Shown: positions 21,443-30,854, counted from the stretch's first letter. The stretch: DNA of 64,000 bases from Candidatus Zixiibacteriota bacterium (GCA_024280775.1 JAJRPM010000015.1:81721-145720), one strand, 5' to 3'. Notes: generated from the sequence alone by a model not told the origin. Made by a program: numbers and translations.

Positions 21443-21477
21443 GAGATTGCCGCGTCGCTGCGCTCCTCGCAATGACA
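21443..21477. repeat. GC-rich palindromic intergenic repeat, single copy (core CTCGCAATGAC)
   Basis: GAGATTGCCGCGTCGCTGCGCTCCTCGCAATGACA. The same 11-nt core recurs twice at 30888-30970. It translates spuriously as ...RRCAPRNDR in ORF 21396..21782. Confidence 0.6.
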
Positions 21478-21484
21478 GAATTGG

Positions 21485-23329
21485 TTACTTCTTGCGAGCT
21501 TTTTTGCTCTTTGCTGTTTTCTTAGTCTTGGTGTTCTTTACAATCGTTTTCAGCAAGCTAGAAGGAGCGCTAACTTCCATTTCCAATAACGCTTGTGAGA
21601 GCGTCTTACCCTGCGGGTCCAGCATCAATGACTTGGTGCCACCGCCCCCAAGAGAACCGTCCATCAGAAAATTAAGCGCCAGTAGATTGTCAACCCGCTT
21701 ACGGGCGACCTCGCCCAGAGTGATTCGTTTGAAGAAAGACTTTACTTTTCGATTAGTAAGATATCCTACCAGCCAATCATAGATTTCCGGCGAACGCGCC
21801 AAAACTCCGACGTTACACATATCCCCTTTATCGCCTGAACGCGCATAGGCCAACTCACGCAGTTTCATCTTCACTGGCTTCCCTGCAGGCGTTTTGCCGT
21901 TTTGTCTGCGGTATGGCGTGACATCTACCGTTTCGATACTCAAACGATATTGGAATTTTACCTGCGTCTCTGTGCGAATACCACCAGTATCAAATGTCTG
22001 CACCCTACCTGTCACTGAGTTTCGGCCCATCAACGCCGGCCAATATGCAACTACCTGCTCCGGTCTGGGGCGACCACCTGTCACTGCAACTCCTGATGGC
22101 CCCGAAAGTATCAATGACGGCAACAACATCCCGAAGTCTTTTACTTTCTGCTGGTCATGATCGCGCACGCCAAAACGCAAGAGAATTTCATTCGGCTCAC
22201 AATTTGAATCACGCAAAGAGTCTGGCCAAATCGAACCGGAGCCAACCAGCTCCACCCGGGTGTCTTCGTATTTGTGTCCTAGACGTTTCCAGAACAATTT
22301 CGCGAAAGCATCGGCTTTGGCTTTGACATTCGGACCACTCACCAGTATTGAACCGGAGGCCTTCCATCCGTCGTCGTGTGACATTGAGACTTTGAAGAAC
22401 GGTGTGTGCGGCTCACCCTTGATGCCGCTGATGCGAACTTTGTTGGGGCCGACTTCTTTCAATTCGATGGTGTCAAATCGGGCGATTCCATCGGGAGTGA
22501 TATACAAGGCCGGGTCACCCATTTCATAGAGCAGTTGCTCTTTGACTGTTTTTTCGGAAACTAAGCCGCCGGTGCGCGCATGCTTAGTGACGATGAATTC
22601 ACCCGACGGCTCCATTTCGATAATCGGGTAGCCGATTTTATCGAATGATTTTACATCCTGCCAGTCAGTGATGTTGCCACCGGTGGACTGAGCGCCGCAT
22701 TCGATAATATGTCCTGCGACAATTCCGGCGGCCATTTTGTCCCAATCGGTAGCGCCCCAGCCAAATTCATACATCATCGGAGCCAAAGTGATTCCAGTGT
22801 CGGTGACACGTCCGGTGATAACTATCTGACATCCGGCTTCCAAAGCCAGCACAACCGGTTCGGCTCCGAGATAGACATTTGCCGAAGTTATGCTTGGTCT
22901 CACTTTTTCGAACTTGGCGCCGTTTTCCATGTTCTGGAATTTTTCCCCGCGCTCTACCAGGTCGTCGATTGATTCGAGAATATCATCGCCGCAAACAACT
23001 CCGACTTTGATTTTCAACTTATGCTTTTTGGCGACTTCAAGAACTTTTTCGGCGCAACCAACCGGATTGACTCCTCCGGCGCTCGATATTACTGTGACGC
23101 CCTTTTCTACAATCAGGGGCAAACACTCGTCTATTTGAGTAATGAAATCGTGGGCATACCCACGCGAAGGGTCTCTTTGCTTCTGCTTTTGCAGAATAGA
23201 CATCGTGATTTCCGCCAGAAAATCCTGAGTGATATAATCTACCGGCCCGCTTGTAAGCTGGCGTTTCATTACTGAAGTGTCATCTCCCCAATAACCGCCT
23301 GCGTTGGCAATACGTATTTTTTCTTTCAC
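21485..23329 (-). CDS. AtuA-family protein (DUF1446, acyclic terpene utilisation-like) with C-terminal Lys-rich tail
   Basis: N-terminal IRIANAGGYWGDD motif and overall length match AtuA/DUF1446 proteins. Ends in KNTKTKKTAKSKKARKK. Confidence 0.7.
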   Translation of the reverse strand: MKEKIRIANAGGYWGDDTSVMKRQLTSGPVDYITQDFLAEITMSILQKQKQRDPSRGYAHDFITQIDECLPLIVEKGVTVISSAGGVNPVGCAEKVLEVAKKHKLKIKVGVVCGDDILESIDDLVERGEKFQNMENGAKFEKVRPSITSANVYLGAEPVVLALEAGCQIVITGRVTDTGITLAPMMYEFGWGATDWDKMAAGIVAGHIIECGAQSTGGNITDWQDVKSFDKIGYPIIEMEPSGEFIVTKHARTGGLVSEKTVKEQLLYEMGDPALYITPDGIARFDTIELKEVGPNKVRISGIKGEPHTPFFKVSMSHDDGWKASGSILVSGPNVKAKADAFAKLFWKRLGHKYEDTRVELVGSGSIWPDSLRDSNCEPNEILLRFGVRDHDQQKVKDFGMLLPSLILSGPSGVAVTGGRPRPEQVVAYWPALMGRNSVTGRVQTFDTGGIRTETQVKFQYRLSIETVDVTPYRRQNGKTPAGKPVKMKLRELAYARSGDKGDMCNVGVLARSPEIYDWLVGYLTNRKVKSFFKRITLGEVARKRVDNLLALNFLMDGSLGGGGTKSLMLDPQGKTLSQALLEMEVSAPSSLLKTIVKNTKTKKTAKSKKARKK

Positions 23330-23529
23330 TATGCTAGCTTCTTCTCTGGAACTTTCTCAGCGAAAACATTCTCTTGTATGTAACTTTTTGTATAAGAGCG
23401 AATTAGCCCTGTAGTAGTCGATTTCCACGACTACGCATTAACGCATGGATGATAGGGATTTACCACAGGCTTGGCAAGTTTCATTAAAACGATAAGCGGC
23501 TCCGCTCCGACCTCAAAAATCACGACAGG

Positions 23530-23558
23530 TTGACAATTCACGCGCCAGGGTCTAATAT
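23530..23558 (+). promoter_or_regulatory. near-consensus sigma70 promoter for the plus-strand envelope island
   Basis: TTGACA (23530-23535), 17-nt spacer, TAATAT (23553-23558). Lies 70 nt upstream of the ATG at 23628, which has a GGAGAG SD. Confidence 0.6.
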
Positions 23559-23627
23559 CCTCTAGTTACATTCTGTGCATTTGAATACAAAAAGCTGTCA
23601 GCCACATTTCAACTCGGAGAGATTACG

Positions 23628-24824
23628 ATGTCAAAGTCAAGAGTCTTTATTGCCACTCTAGCTTTCATGACCTGCCTGATAGCTACCGGCTTCCCGGCAG
23701 GCAAGAACGGGACAATCATACTCGATGACGGACGACGGATCGATGATACCGAATACAAAATAGTCAAGATGTATAAGATTATCGAAGTTGTTAAAATTGA
23801 AGGTGTCGCGGTAAAGATAAAATACAGTTTCAACCGTATCTCGGCTCTTCTTGATGAAGATGGGGTAGATGTAACAGAGAAATATCTAGGTAAATATGCT
23901 GTTCGTAAGTCAAGCCCCAACCCAAACAAGACAAAACCGACCTCTGAAGCGTCCGAGGCAAAGTCCGCGAAAGCTTCATCACCTACAGAGTCTCCCCCGA
24001 CTCCGACCGATGGCAACGAAGCGACTACCGCTAGGCAAGAGACAGAGATTGCAGACGCTCCAACACCCGCTTCATCACCGCCTGACACGTTGCGTGGTGA
24101 CTCTGAATCTGAAACAGTTCGCACCGGCCTGCATGAATCGGAGCAAACGACGCCTATTCCGGCCCGTCGAAACACTCCGGGTGAAACGTGGCGCACCGAC
24201 CGCGCTCGCCAACGCCAACTACGTCCTTCCTATCAAAGGTTGTGGAATTTCGGTATACGAGTGGGTAGCAATTTCAGTATACCGACTGGCCAATTCTACG
24301 ACGGAATAACATCAGGACCTGGTTTCGGCGCGGACTTCATGGTACCGATAACACACGAATTGGCCTTCCGTGGAACGGTCTCCAAATCAGGAATGAAATG
24401 GGATGACAACTTCGGCTTCTTTTTCGACGATCCCACTATCACCATTGTTGCTCAGGACAATTCGTTTAACGCTACCAGGATATCCGCTGCCGCTGAATAT
24501 TACTTTTACAACCGAGAGGGAGAATTCCCGCCTAAAGTTGTAGGCTTTTTCTATAGCGGCCTTGGGGCTATCGTCCACGACATCACATCAACTATCACCG
24601 CAAGAGACAACACAACCAGTCAGGTTGCGACAGTGACTGTGACAGATTCTTTCACAGAGTTTATCCTCGTAACAGGTGTAGGAGCCGACCTAATGTTTAG
24701 CCCCAGTTTTGGGCTGGAGGTTGCCGGGACCATGGACATCGTGGTTCTTGGTTCTAAGGGCGCCAGCACACCTCAATACGCCTACGTGTTTGACCTGCGC
24801 TTGGGTGTCATTAGCTTATTCTAG
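23628..24824 (+). CDS. exported protein: N-terminal domain, P/T/S/E-rich linker, C-terminal beta-barrel-like domain
   Basis: Signal-like N-terminus. Low-complexity linker of about 110 aa (SPNPNKTKPTSEASEAKS...PTPTDGNE...). The C-terminal ~190 aa has an alternating strand pattern and a terminal LGVISLF. Confidence 0.55.
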   Translation: MSKSRVFIATLAFMTCLIATGFPAGKNGTIILDDGRRIDDTEYKIVKMYKIIEVVKIEGVAVKIKYSFNRISALLDEDGVDVTEKYLGKYAVRKSSPNPNKTKPTSEASEAKSAKASSPTESPPTPTDGNEATTARQETEIADAPTPASSPPDTLRGDSESETVRTGLHESEQTTPIPARRNTPGETWRTDRARQRQLRPSYQRLWNFGIRVGSNFSIPTGQFYDGITSGPGFGADFMVPITHELAFRGTVSKSGMKWDDNFGFFFDDPTITIVAQDNSFNATRISAAAEYYFYNREGEFPPKVVGFFYSGLGAIVHDITSTITARDNTTSQVATVTVTDSFTEFILVTGVGADLMFSPSFGLEVAGTMDIVVLGSKGASTPQYAYVFDLRLGVISLF

Positions 24825-24880
24825 TGTACTGGAAGCGGTAAATTACAAGCATATCACTTACAAAGGACTCCAAGGAAATC

Positions 24881-25429
24881 ATGAAAAACTACAATTCAAA
24901 AACAATCGTATTTGCTTTCGCTCTGTTAATGCTTGCCTCTGTAGGATGCTCGCGGTATGCCATAACTACTGATCTTGAAGAGCCATTGCATGCTGGAACG
25001 GGCATGTCTATCGGAGCAATCTTAGACGATTTGCCAGCCGATACGCCTGAGGAGAACAAACCGACCTACGAAAATATAGACTACTTCAAAGAGCAACTCG
25101 CTGAGCAAATTGAAAAGAAGGACATTTTCGCAGGAGTTTTGGTCGGCCATGACAATCCCGACTATGAGCTTACTGGCTCGATTCTTGAATACAAGAAAGG
25201 TAGCGGATTTATGCGCTTCATATTTGGCATGGGAATAGGGGCGGCGAAAGTGACAATTTCATTGACACTGACGGACAAGAAAACTGGAGAAATAGTTTTC
25301 GGAGGCAACTACACAGGAAGTGTAACAAGCGAATTCTCTAAGGGCGACAAGATGTTCGAAAACGTTGCCAAGGATTTTGCCAAATCACTTGATAAGTCTC
25401 TTAAAAAATATGGTTGGAAGAAAAATTAG
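24881..25429 (+). CDS. putative lipoprotein (DUF4410-like, tentative), paralog 1
   Basis: Signal sequence plus Cys (LMLASVGC|SRY). Shares long blocks with the next ORF (IDYFKxQLAxQI, IFAGVLxGHxxPDYELTGS, KVTxSLTL, FAKSLxKSLKK). Confidence 0.55.
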   Translation: MKNYNSKTIVFAFALLMLASVGCSRYAITTDLEEPLHAGTGMSIGAILDDLPADTPEENKPTYENIDYFKEQLAEQIEKKDIFAGVLVGHDNPDYELTGSILEYKKGSGFMRFIFGMGIGAAKVTISLTLTDKKTGEIVFGGNYTGSVTSEFSKGDKMFENVAKDFAKSLDKSLKKYGWKKN

Positions 25430-25469
25430 GGTTGCAGCGCTCAGTAGCAATCGGACTTTCTAGAGTAAT

Positions 25470-26012
25470 ATGCTTCGTTCTCAGGCCAGAATAATCACGG
25501 TTGTCCTTGCGGCTACCATATTCGCATACCTCGGATGCGCGCGACATACAATTGTCACGGAGATAAGATCTCCTATACCCGCGGGCAAGGGACTGTCGAT
25601 TGGGGTCATTGAGAATGGTTTGCCGCTGGACGCTTCTTCGAAGGATAAACCTTTAAGAGCGGAAATAGACTACTTCAAGAAACAATTGGCACAGCAGATT
25701 GGAAGCAAAGCAATATTCGCAGGTGTCCTAATCGGCCACAACAAGCCAGACTATGAACTTACTGGCTCATTAGTAGGGTACAAGGGCGGAGTATTTCGAA
25801 GCCTGTCAGCCGAACTTGGGATGAGTCCAGGAAAAGTCACCGTATCGCTGACGCTCAAAGAAGTCAAGAGCGGTGAAACTGTTTTCTCCGGGACTTTCAC
25901 AAACAGCGCACATGATGGCTATGCAGAAATCACAGCGTTCAGAGAGCTGGCGAAGGACTTCGCCAAATCTCTCAAAAAGTCTCTCAAGAAAGAAGCTAGG
26001 TATGTTGACTAG
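25470..26012 (+). CDS. putative lipoprotein (DUF4410-like, tentative), paralog 2
   Basis: Signal sequence plus Cys (FAYLGC|ARH). Colinear with 24881..25429. Confidence 0.55.
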   Translation: MLRSQARIITVVLAATIFAYLGCARHTIVTEIRSPIPAGKGLSIGVIENGLPLDASSKDKPLRAEIDYFKKQLAQQIGSKAIFAGVLIGHNKPDYELTGSLVGYKGGVFRSLSAELGMSPGKVTVSLTLKEVKSGETVFSGTFTNSAHDGYAEITAFRELAKDFAKSLKKSLKKEARYVD

Positions 26013-26037
26013 ATTTAGCTCTTGAATGGCTCAAGAA

Positions 26038-26961
26038 TCACTGTTTAACGAATGTGAAAGAGCCCAACGCCGGAATACTTGGCCCAACTAAAAAGGGTAC
26101 AAGAGCAATCTGAGAAATCACAGCGGGAGGTGATGTCACGGCGTTTGGCGAAGTATAAGTCACACCGTCATCAGTCCCAGAGTCATAGGCAAAAAGCTCA
26201 ACAACCAATGTGTCGGTCCACTGCCCGCCATTGTACAGCGCCAAATCATGCACTCCCACAAACCAATCTGGACTAGGAGCTATCATTGTTATCAGTGTCA
26301 CCAGCGGGTAATTTGAGGTGATGTCGAAAGTATAACTCACTGTTCCTGGCGATGGGCTAATGAACCCACCGGAAAGAAGATATTCTGCGCTTCCCGCAGT
26401 TTGAGCCGCTACTACTTCATTGGTAAGCGCAAACTTACTACCAAACTCGGCAACACTCTTGATTCCCAAGGTCGCCAATTCCCCGCTTTGCCAAAACGTC
26501 ACGGTACTGTCGTGCGTTCCTCCTATCAGCCCTGAAAAATGAGCATTCGCCGGGAAATTATCGGGATGAGTCGTAGCGCTCCATGTTGACTCAAAAGTCA
26601 CGGTGTAGGTTGCTGAGTCTACCGGAACAAGAGGCCCGGGACACATTGGCGCAGGACCGCCAGAGAATATGCGCGCAATGCCAAACGTCACATCAGCGAT
26701 ATTGAAAGTATTGTCCGCGTTTGCATCAGACTCCTCAGGACAAACCGGAGCCGGGCCTCCGCTGAAGATTCGGGCAATGCCAAATGTTACATCCGCTATG
26801 TTGAAGGAACCATCAGTGTTTGCATCCCCGCCGATTAGGCAACAGGACTGTCCTTGTGACTGAGAAGTCGCTCGAGTTGGGATTGATAGCGCCAATATGA
26901 TAGCTACCACTAATAGCGCCGTATTGCATATTCTATTGGATGTGTATGGGATACTTTTCAT
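26038..26961 (-). CDS. secreted protein with two dockerin/EF-hand-like repeats and a spondin_N domain
   Basis: DANTDGSFNIADVTFGIARIF and DANADNTFNIADVTFGIARIF Ca-binding-type repeats. These are followed by YTVTFESTWS..HP.NFP..AHFSGLIGGTHD ... APSPDWFVGV ... YDSGTDDG, the spondin_N pattern. Confidence 0.7.
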   Translation of the reverse strand: MKSIPYTSNRICNTALLVVAIILALSIPTRATSQSQGQSCCLIGGDANTDGSFNIADVTFGIARIFSGGPAPVCPEESDANADNTFNIADVTFGIARIFSGGPAPMCPGPLVPVDSATYTVTFESTWSATTHPDNFPANAHFSGLIGGTHDSTVTFWQSGELATLGIKSVAEFGSKFALTNEVVAAQTAGSAEYLLSGGFISPSPGTVSYTFDITSNYPLVTLITMIAPSPDWFVGVHDLALYNGGQWTDTLVVELFAYDSGTDDGVTYTSPNAVTSPPAVISQIALVPFLVGPSIPALGSFTFVKQ

Positions 26962-26973
26962 TTAGTTGCCTTA

Positions 26974-27015
26974 CAAAAAAATGCGCAACCCTGAACTAAA
27001 GTCAGAGCCGCGCAT
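26974..27015 (-). terminator. intrinsic terminator after the Met-rich protein gene
   Basis: On the minus strand, ATGCGC...(inner CTGA/TCAG stem)...GCGCAT is followed by TTTTTTTG. Confidence 0.55.
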
Positions 27016-27042
27016 ATTACCTACAAGCAAAAGCTGTGAGGA

Positions 27043-27534
27043 TTAATCGTGGCTATGACCTTCATGTGAGTTCATCATCTTCGCCATTTCAGCGTTGGTG
27101 CGCTTTACATGCGCATGGATATTCTTCACGACTTCAGGGTTGCTACTGGTCATCAACATGATATGACCGGCTTTTGACTCGACGTTTTCCATCTTGGCGC
27201 CTGACATCATCAAAGAACCAAATGACTGACAGAATCCGCACAAATCCATTTTTTCGCCCTTCATCAAGAGCGCGCCGGTCTCTTCCATTTTCTTATGAGA
27301 GCGAGCAAAAGCCTCTTCATAGTCAGGATTGACGGTTGTCACTGAAATCATACCATTCTCAATGGCGTGACTCTCCCACTGCATATTCTCCATCAAACCC
27401 TTTTCGGCAGACATGTTCTTGCACATTCCGCAGTTTTCCATGTCAAACCAAGCCTTGTCCTGGCCGGCGGAAACACTAGCAAGTGGGGCTACCAAAAGCC
27501 CACAAAACACAATCGCGGTTAGTAATTTTTTCAT
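27043..27534 (-). CDS. secreted Met-rich protein with two CxxC motifs and a His-rich tail (unknown family)
   Basis: Signal peptide (..PLASVSA|GQD), 17 Met in about 140 mature residues, CGMC and CGFC motifs, C-terminal HEGHSHD. Confidence 0.6.
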   Translation of the reverse strand: MKKLLTAIVFCGLLVAPLASVSAGQDKAWFDMENCGMCKNMSAEKGLMENMQWESHAIENGMISVTTVNPDYEEAFARSHKKMEETGALLMKGEKMDLCGFCQSFGSLMMSGAKMENVESKAGHIMLMTSSNPEVVKNIHAHVKRTNAEMAKMMNSHEGHSHD

Positions 27535-27768
27535 CTTATTACTCCTTGTTAAGTTTAGCTGTGAAGCTCTTCTATTGAGTTCCCTGATTTAATTCCCACA
27601 AACATATCAACTGTGCAATTTGAAAACTACTAGCAAACTGGAGTATTACACACCATGATAAGATAGCGCCAGTAGCCTCGGGTGGCAAGCTCAAAAGCTA
27701 CCGGGGCATCACATGCCTAACGTATTGTTACATTTGATGTTACATTGCCGCGGGCGTGACGGCAGGTA

Positions 27769-28710
27769 TCAGAACTTCTCGAGAGCCGCTTTTTGTTCAT
27801 CGCTAAGCGATGTAGGTACTTCAACTTGCACTTCAACAATCAAATCGCCCTTCTTGCCACCTAGCGCCAAGCCTTGTCCTTTGAGGCGCAATCTTGCCCC
27901 CGGCTGAGTTCCGGGCGGTATTGTGACACGGATCTTCTTTGTAAGTGTGTCAACTGTAGCTTTGCCACCTAGCGCCGCCAACTTGAACGGTACTGTCACT
28001 TTGCTGATGATATTTGACCCATCACGCGAGAACTTTTGATGCGCATTTACATTTACCGTCACAATTAAATCTCCCGCAGGTCCGCCTGCGGCGCCCTGAG
28101 CGCCGAGACCTCGTAAACGAATTTTTTCGCCATCATCAATCCCTTTTGGAATTTTGACTTTTATGGTTTTTCTACCGCCAGCTCCATCGGTAATCACTAC
28201 CTGTTTGCTGGCGCCGTTAATCGCCTCCTCAAATTCGACATGCAAAACAGCTGTGACATCAGGCCCCTTCTGAGGACCAGCGCCAAAGCCGCCTCCAAAG
28301 GGATTTGCTCCTCCGGTTGCTCCACCTCTGCGGAAGCCTGTCTGGCCTGCGCCGCCGAACATGCTACCGAAAATATCACCCAGGTCCCCCATACCGCCGA
28401 CATTGCCGGAGAAGCCGCCACCAAACCCACCTCCACCAGGAAACGGCCCTCCTCCATGTTGCCCACCGGCTTGCTGACCATTGTCGAAGGCGCCGTAGCG
28501 TCGCAGGTTATCATATTCGCTACGCTTCTTCTTATCCGATAAAGTCTCGTAGGCCTCGGAGATTTCTTTGAAGCGCTTCTCTTTTTTAGCGTCACCCTGA
28601 TTGCGATCAGGGTGATATTCCTTCGCTAACTTACGAAAGGATTTCTTTATATCCTGCTCGGATGCGCCTTCATCGACTCCAAGTATCTTGTAGTAATCGC
28701 CATTTGCCAT
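27769..28710 (-). CDS. J-domain co-chaperone, CbpA/class-II type (no zinc finger)
   Basis: J domain (DYYKILGV...HPDRN), a long G/F-rich region, and two C-terminal beta-sandwich substrate domains. No CxxCxGxG repeats. Confidence 0.88.
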   Translation of the reverse strand: MANGDYYKILGVDEGASEQDIKKSFRKLAKEYHPDRNQGDAKKEKRFKEISEAYETLSDKKKRSEYDNLRRYGAFDNGQQAGGQHGGGPFPGGGGFGGGFSGNVGGMGDLGDIFGSMFGGAGQTGFRRGGATGGANPFGGGFGAGPQKGPDVTAVLHVEFEEAINGASKQVVITDGAGGRKTIKVKIPKGIDDGEKIRLRGLGAQGAAGGPAGDLIVTVNVNAHQKFSRDGSNIISKVTVPFKLAALGGKATVDTLTKKIRVTIPPGTQPGARLRLKGQGLALGGKKGDLIVEVQVEVPTSLSDEQKAALEKF

Positions 28711-28926
28711 TGCTTCTATTTGTTACTCCATCCTATTTCTAATTCCTCTTTACTCAAACAAAGCGCGGACGCGCCTGACATCTCAGGTCCCTTTGAAAAG
28801 ACTCTGGTCAAACACGTCCGCTGCTAAGATAGTGCCTAAAAGCGAAATTCGCTCTAATTATGATGCAGAACATTTGATTTGATTACATTACATCTCATCC
28901 TCTGCATCGGCTGATGATTAGCCGAC

Positions 28927-30825
28927 CTATTTCACTTCCTCAAACTCAGCGTCACGAACATTCTCCTCAGATGCGCCCTCGCCACTTTCGCCAGGGCCGT
29001 TGCCATTGCTACTCTGCCCCTCTGAAGTCGCTTGGGCGTACATCTTCGCCGAGTGAGACTGCCACAGCTCATTTAGTCCGTCGGTCGCTGACTGCATCTC
29101 TGCGATGTCTGCTCCTTCAAGGGCTTTCTTGAGCCGCTCGTTGGCCGCCTCAATCTTCGATTTATCGTCATCATCGAGCTTATCGGCGAACTCCTTGAGG
29201 TTCTTCTCTGAAGCAAAAAGCGCCTGATCAGAACTGTTACGAATATCCGCCTGCTTCCGGCGCTCTTTGTCCTCAGACTCATGCGCCTTGGCGTCATCGA
29301 CCATTCGCTCGATATCGGCTTCGGAGAGCCCGGAACTTGATTCAATCTTGATGTTCTGACTCTTACCGGTGGCTTGATCTTTCGCCGAGACATTGATAAT
29401 GCCGTTGGCGTCAATATCGAAAGTCACTTCAATCTGCGGAACTCCACGTTGCGCAGGCGGGATATCTGTCAGAGCAAAGCGTCCGATAGTCTTGTTATCA
29501 TTGGCCATCTCGCGTTCGCCCTGTAACACATGAATATCAACCTGCGTTTGATTGTCCGCCGCCGTCGAGAAAATCTGAGATTTCTTCGTCGGAATAGTTG
29601 TATTACGGTCAATGAGCTTGGTTGTCACACCGCCGAGGGTTTCGATTCCCAGCGACAAAGGTGTTACATCCAAGAGCAGTACATCAGATACATCACCGGA
29701 AAGCACTCCGCCCTGAATAGCCGCGCCCAGCGCCACTACTTCATCAGGATTAACCGAACGATTCGGCTCACGTCCAAAGAGTTTCTTGACTGTCTCAATA
29801 ACCTTCGGCATTCTAGTCATTCCACCGACAAGAATCACCTCGGAGATATCAGACTTACTTACTCCAGCGTCCTTCAACGCTTTCTCCACCGGAGCAACGG
29901 TTCGTTTAATCAAGTCCTCTGTCATTGATTCAAACTTTGCGCGTGTCAAAGTCAGATTCAAATGTCGCGGACCATCGGCATCAGCGGTAACAAACGGCAG
30001 GTTTATTGTCGTTTGCATTGTTGATGACAATTCAATTTTGGCCTTCTCGCCGGCTTCGCGCAGACGTTGTAGAGCCAACGGATCTTTAGACAAGTCGATG
30101 CTGTCGGTCTTCTTGAATTCTTCAACCAACCAATCCAGGATTCTGCGATCAAAATCATCACCACCCAAACGTGTATCTCCATTGGTAGCCAAAGTCTCAA
30201 AGACTCCATCTGATAACTCCAAAACCGAAACATCGAATGTGCCACCACCGAGGTCATATACCGCTATCTTGCCAACCTGTTTCTTATCCAGGCCATAAGC
30301 CAGCGCCGCGGCAGTCGGCTCGTTGATAATGCGTTTGACATCCAAACCGGCAATACGGCCTGCGTCCTTGGTTGCCTGACGTTGCGAATCATTGAAATAC
30401 GCCGGAACAGTAATCACCGCTCCATCAACTTTCTCACCGAGATAATCCTCGGCGAAGCGCTTGATCCCCCCGAGCACCATCGAAGAAATTTCCGCAGGTG
30501 GTTTCGGTGAGCCATCAAGGAGTATTTCCACGTCACCATTGGCGGCCTTCTGCGTTTTGAATGCGTAGTTGCCAGCCTCCTCGGCAACTTCATCATACTT
30601 GCGCCCGATAAAGCGCTTTGCTGATTGAATCGTGTTGGTCGGATTGGTTACCGCCTGACGTTTTGCTATTTGACCTACAAGCAATTCGCCATTCTTGCTT
30701 ATGGCCACCATCGAGGGAGTCGTACGACCTCCCTCAGCGTTGGTGATGACTGTGGGCTCTTTGCCTTCAATCACCGCACAACAGCTGTTGGTGGTTCCCA
30801 GGTCAATTCCAATTATTTTTCCCAT
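28927..30825 (-). CDS. dnaK: molecular chaperone DnaK (Hsp70)
   Basis: [14 protein letters not shown] start, [18 protein letters not shown] and the C-terminal lid. The ORF-track start at 30894 lies inside the repeat element, so I prefer the ATG at 30825. Confidence 0.95.
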   Translation of the reverse strand: MGKIIGIDLGTTNSCCAVIEGKEPTVITNAEGGRTTPSMVAISKNGELLVGQIAKRQAVTNPTNTIQSAKRFIGRKYDEVAEEAGNYAFKTQKAANGDVEILLDGSPKPPAEISSMVLGGIKRFAEDYLGEKVDGAVITVPAYFNDSQRQATKDAGRIAGLDVKRIINEPTAAALAYGLDKKQVGKIAVYDLGGGTFDVSVLELSDGVFETLATNGDTRLGGDDFDRRILDWLVEEFKKTDSIDLSKDPLALQRLREAGEKAKIELSSTMQTTINLPFVTADADGPRHLNLTLTRAKFESMTEDLIKRTVAPVEKALKDAGVSKSDISEVILVGGMTRMPKVIETVKKLFGREPNRSVNPDEVVALGAAIQGGVLSGDVSDVLLLDVTPLSLGIETLGGVTTKLIDRNTTIPTKKSQIFSTAADNQTQVDIHVLQGEREMANDNKTIGRFALTDIPPAQRGVPQIEVTFDIDANGIINVSAKDQATGKSQNIKIESSSGLSEADIERMVDDAKAHESEDKERRKQADIRNSSDQALFASEKNLKEFADKLDDDDKSKIEAANERLKKALEGADIAEMQSATDGLNELWQSHSAKMYAQATSEGQSSNGNGPGESGEGASEENVRDAEFEEVK

Positions 30826-30854
30826 ATGTAAATCTCTCTTTCTATCTTCTATTT

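Noticed and set aside
23609-24196. 195-aa minus-strand ORF and other long antisense ORFs (for example 6254..6748, 12568..12930, 15040..15582, 20933..21475, 29786..30298, 42376..42945, 57047..57658)
   Set aside because: Each lies fully inside, and antisense to, a gene with clear family motifs. Their low-complexity R/S/P-rich translations are characteristic of shadow frames.
28823-28842. sigma54-like sequence TAGGCACTATCTTAGCAG (minus strand) upstream of the J-protein gene
   Set aside because: The spacing is right. However, both flanking conserved Ts are lost (AGGCAC instead of TGGCAC, TAGC instead of TTGC). It is too weak to call without a PWM score.
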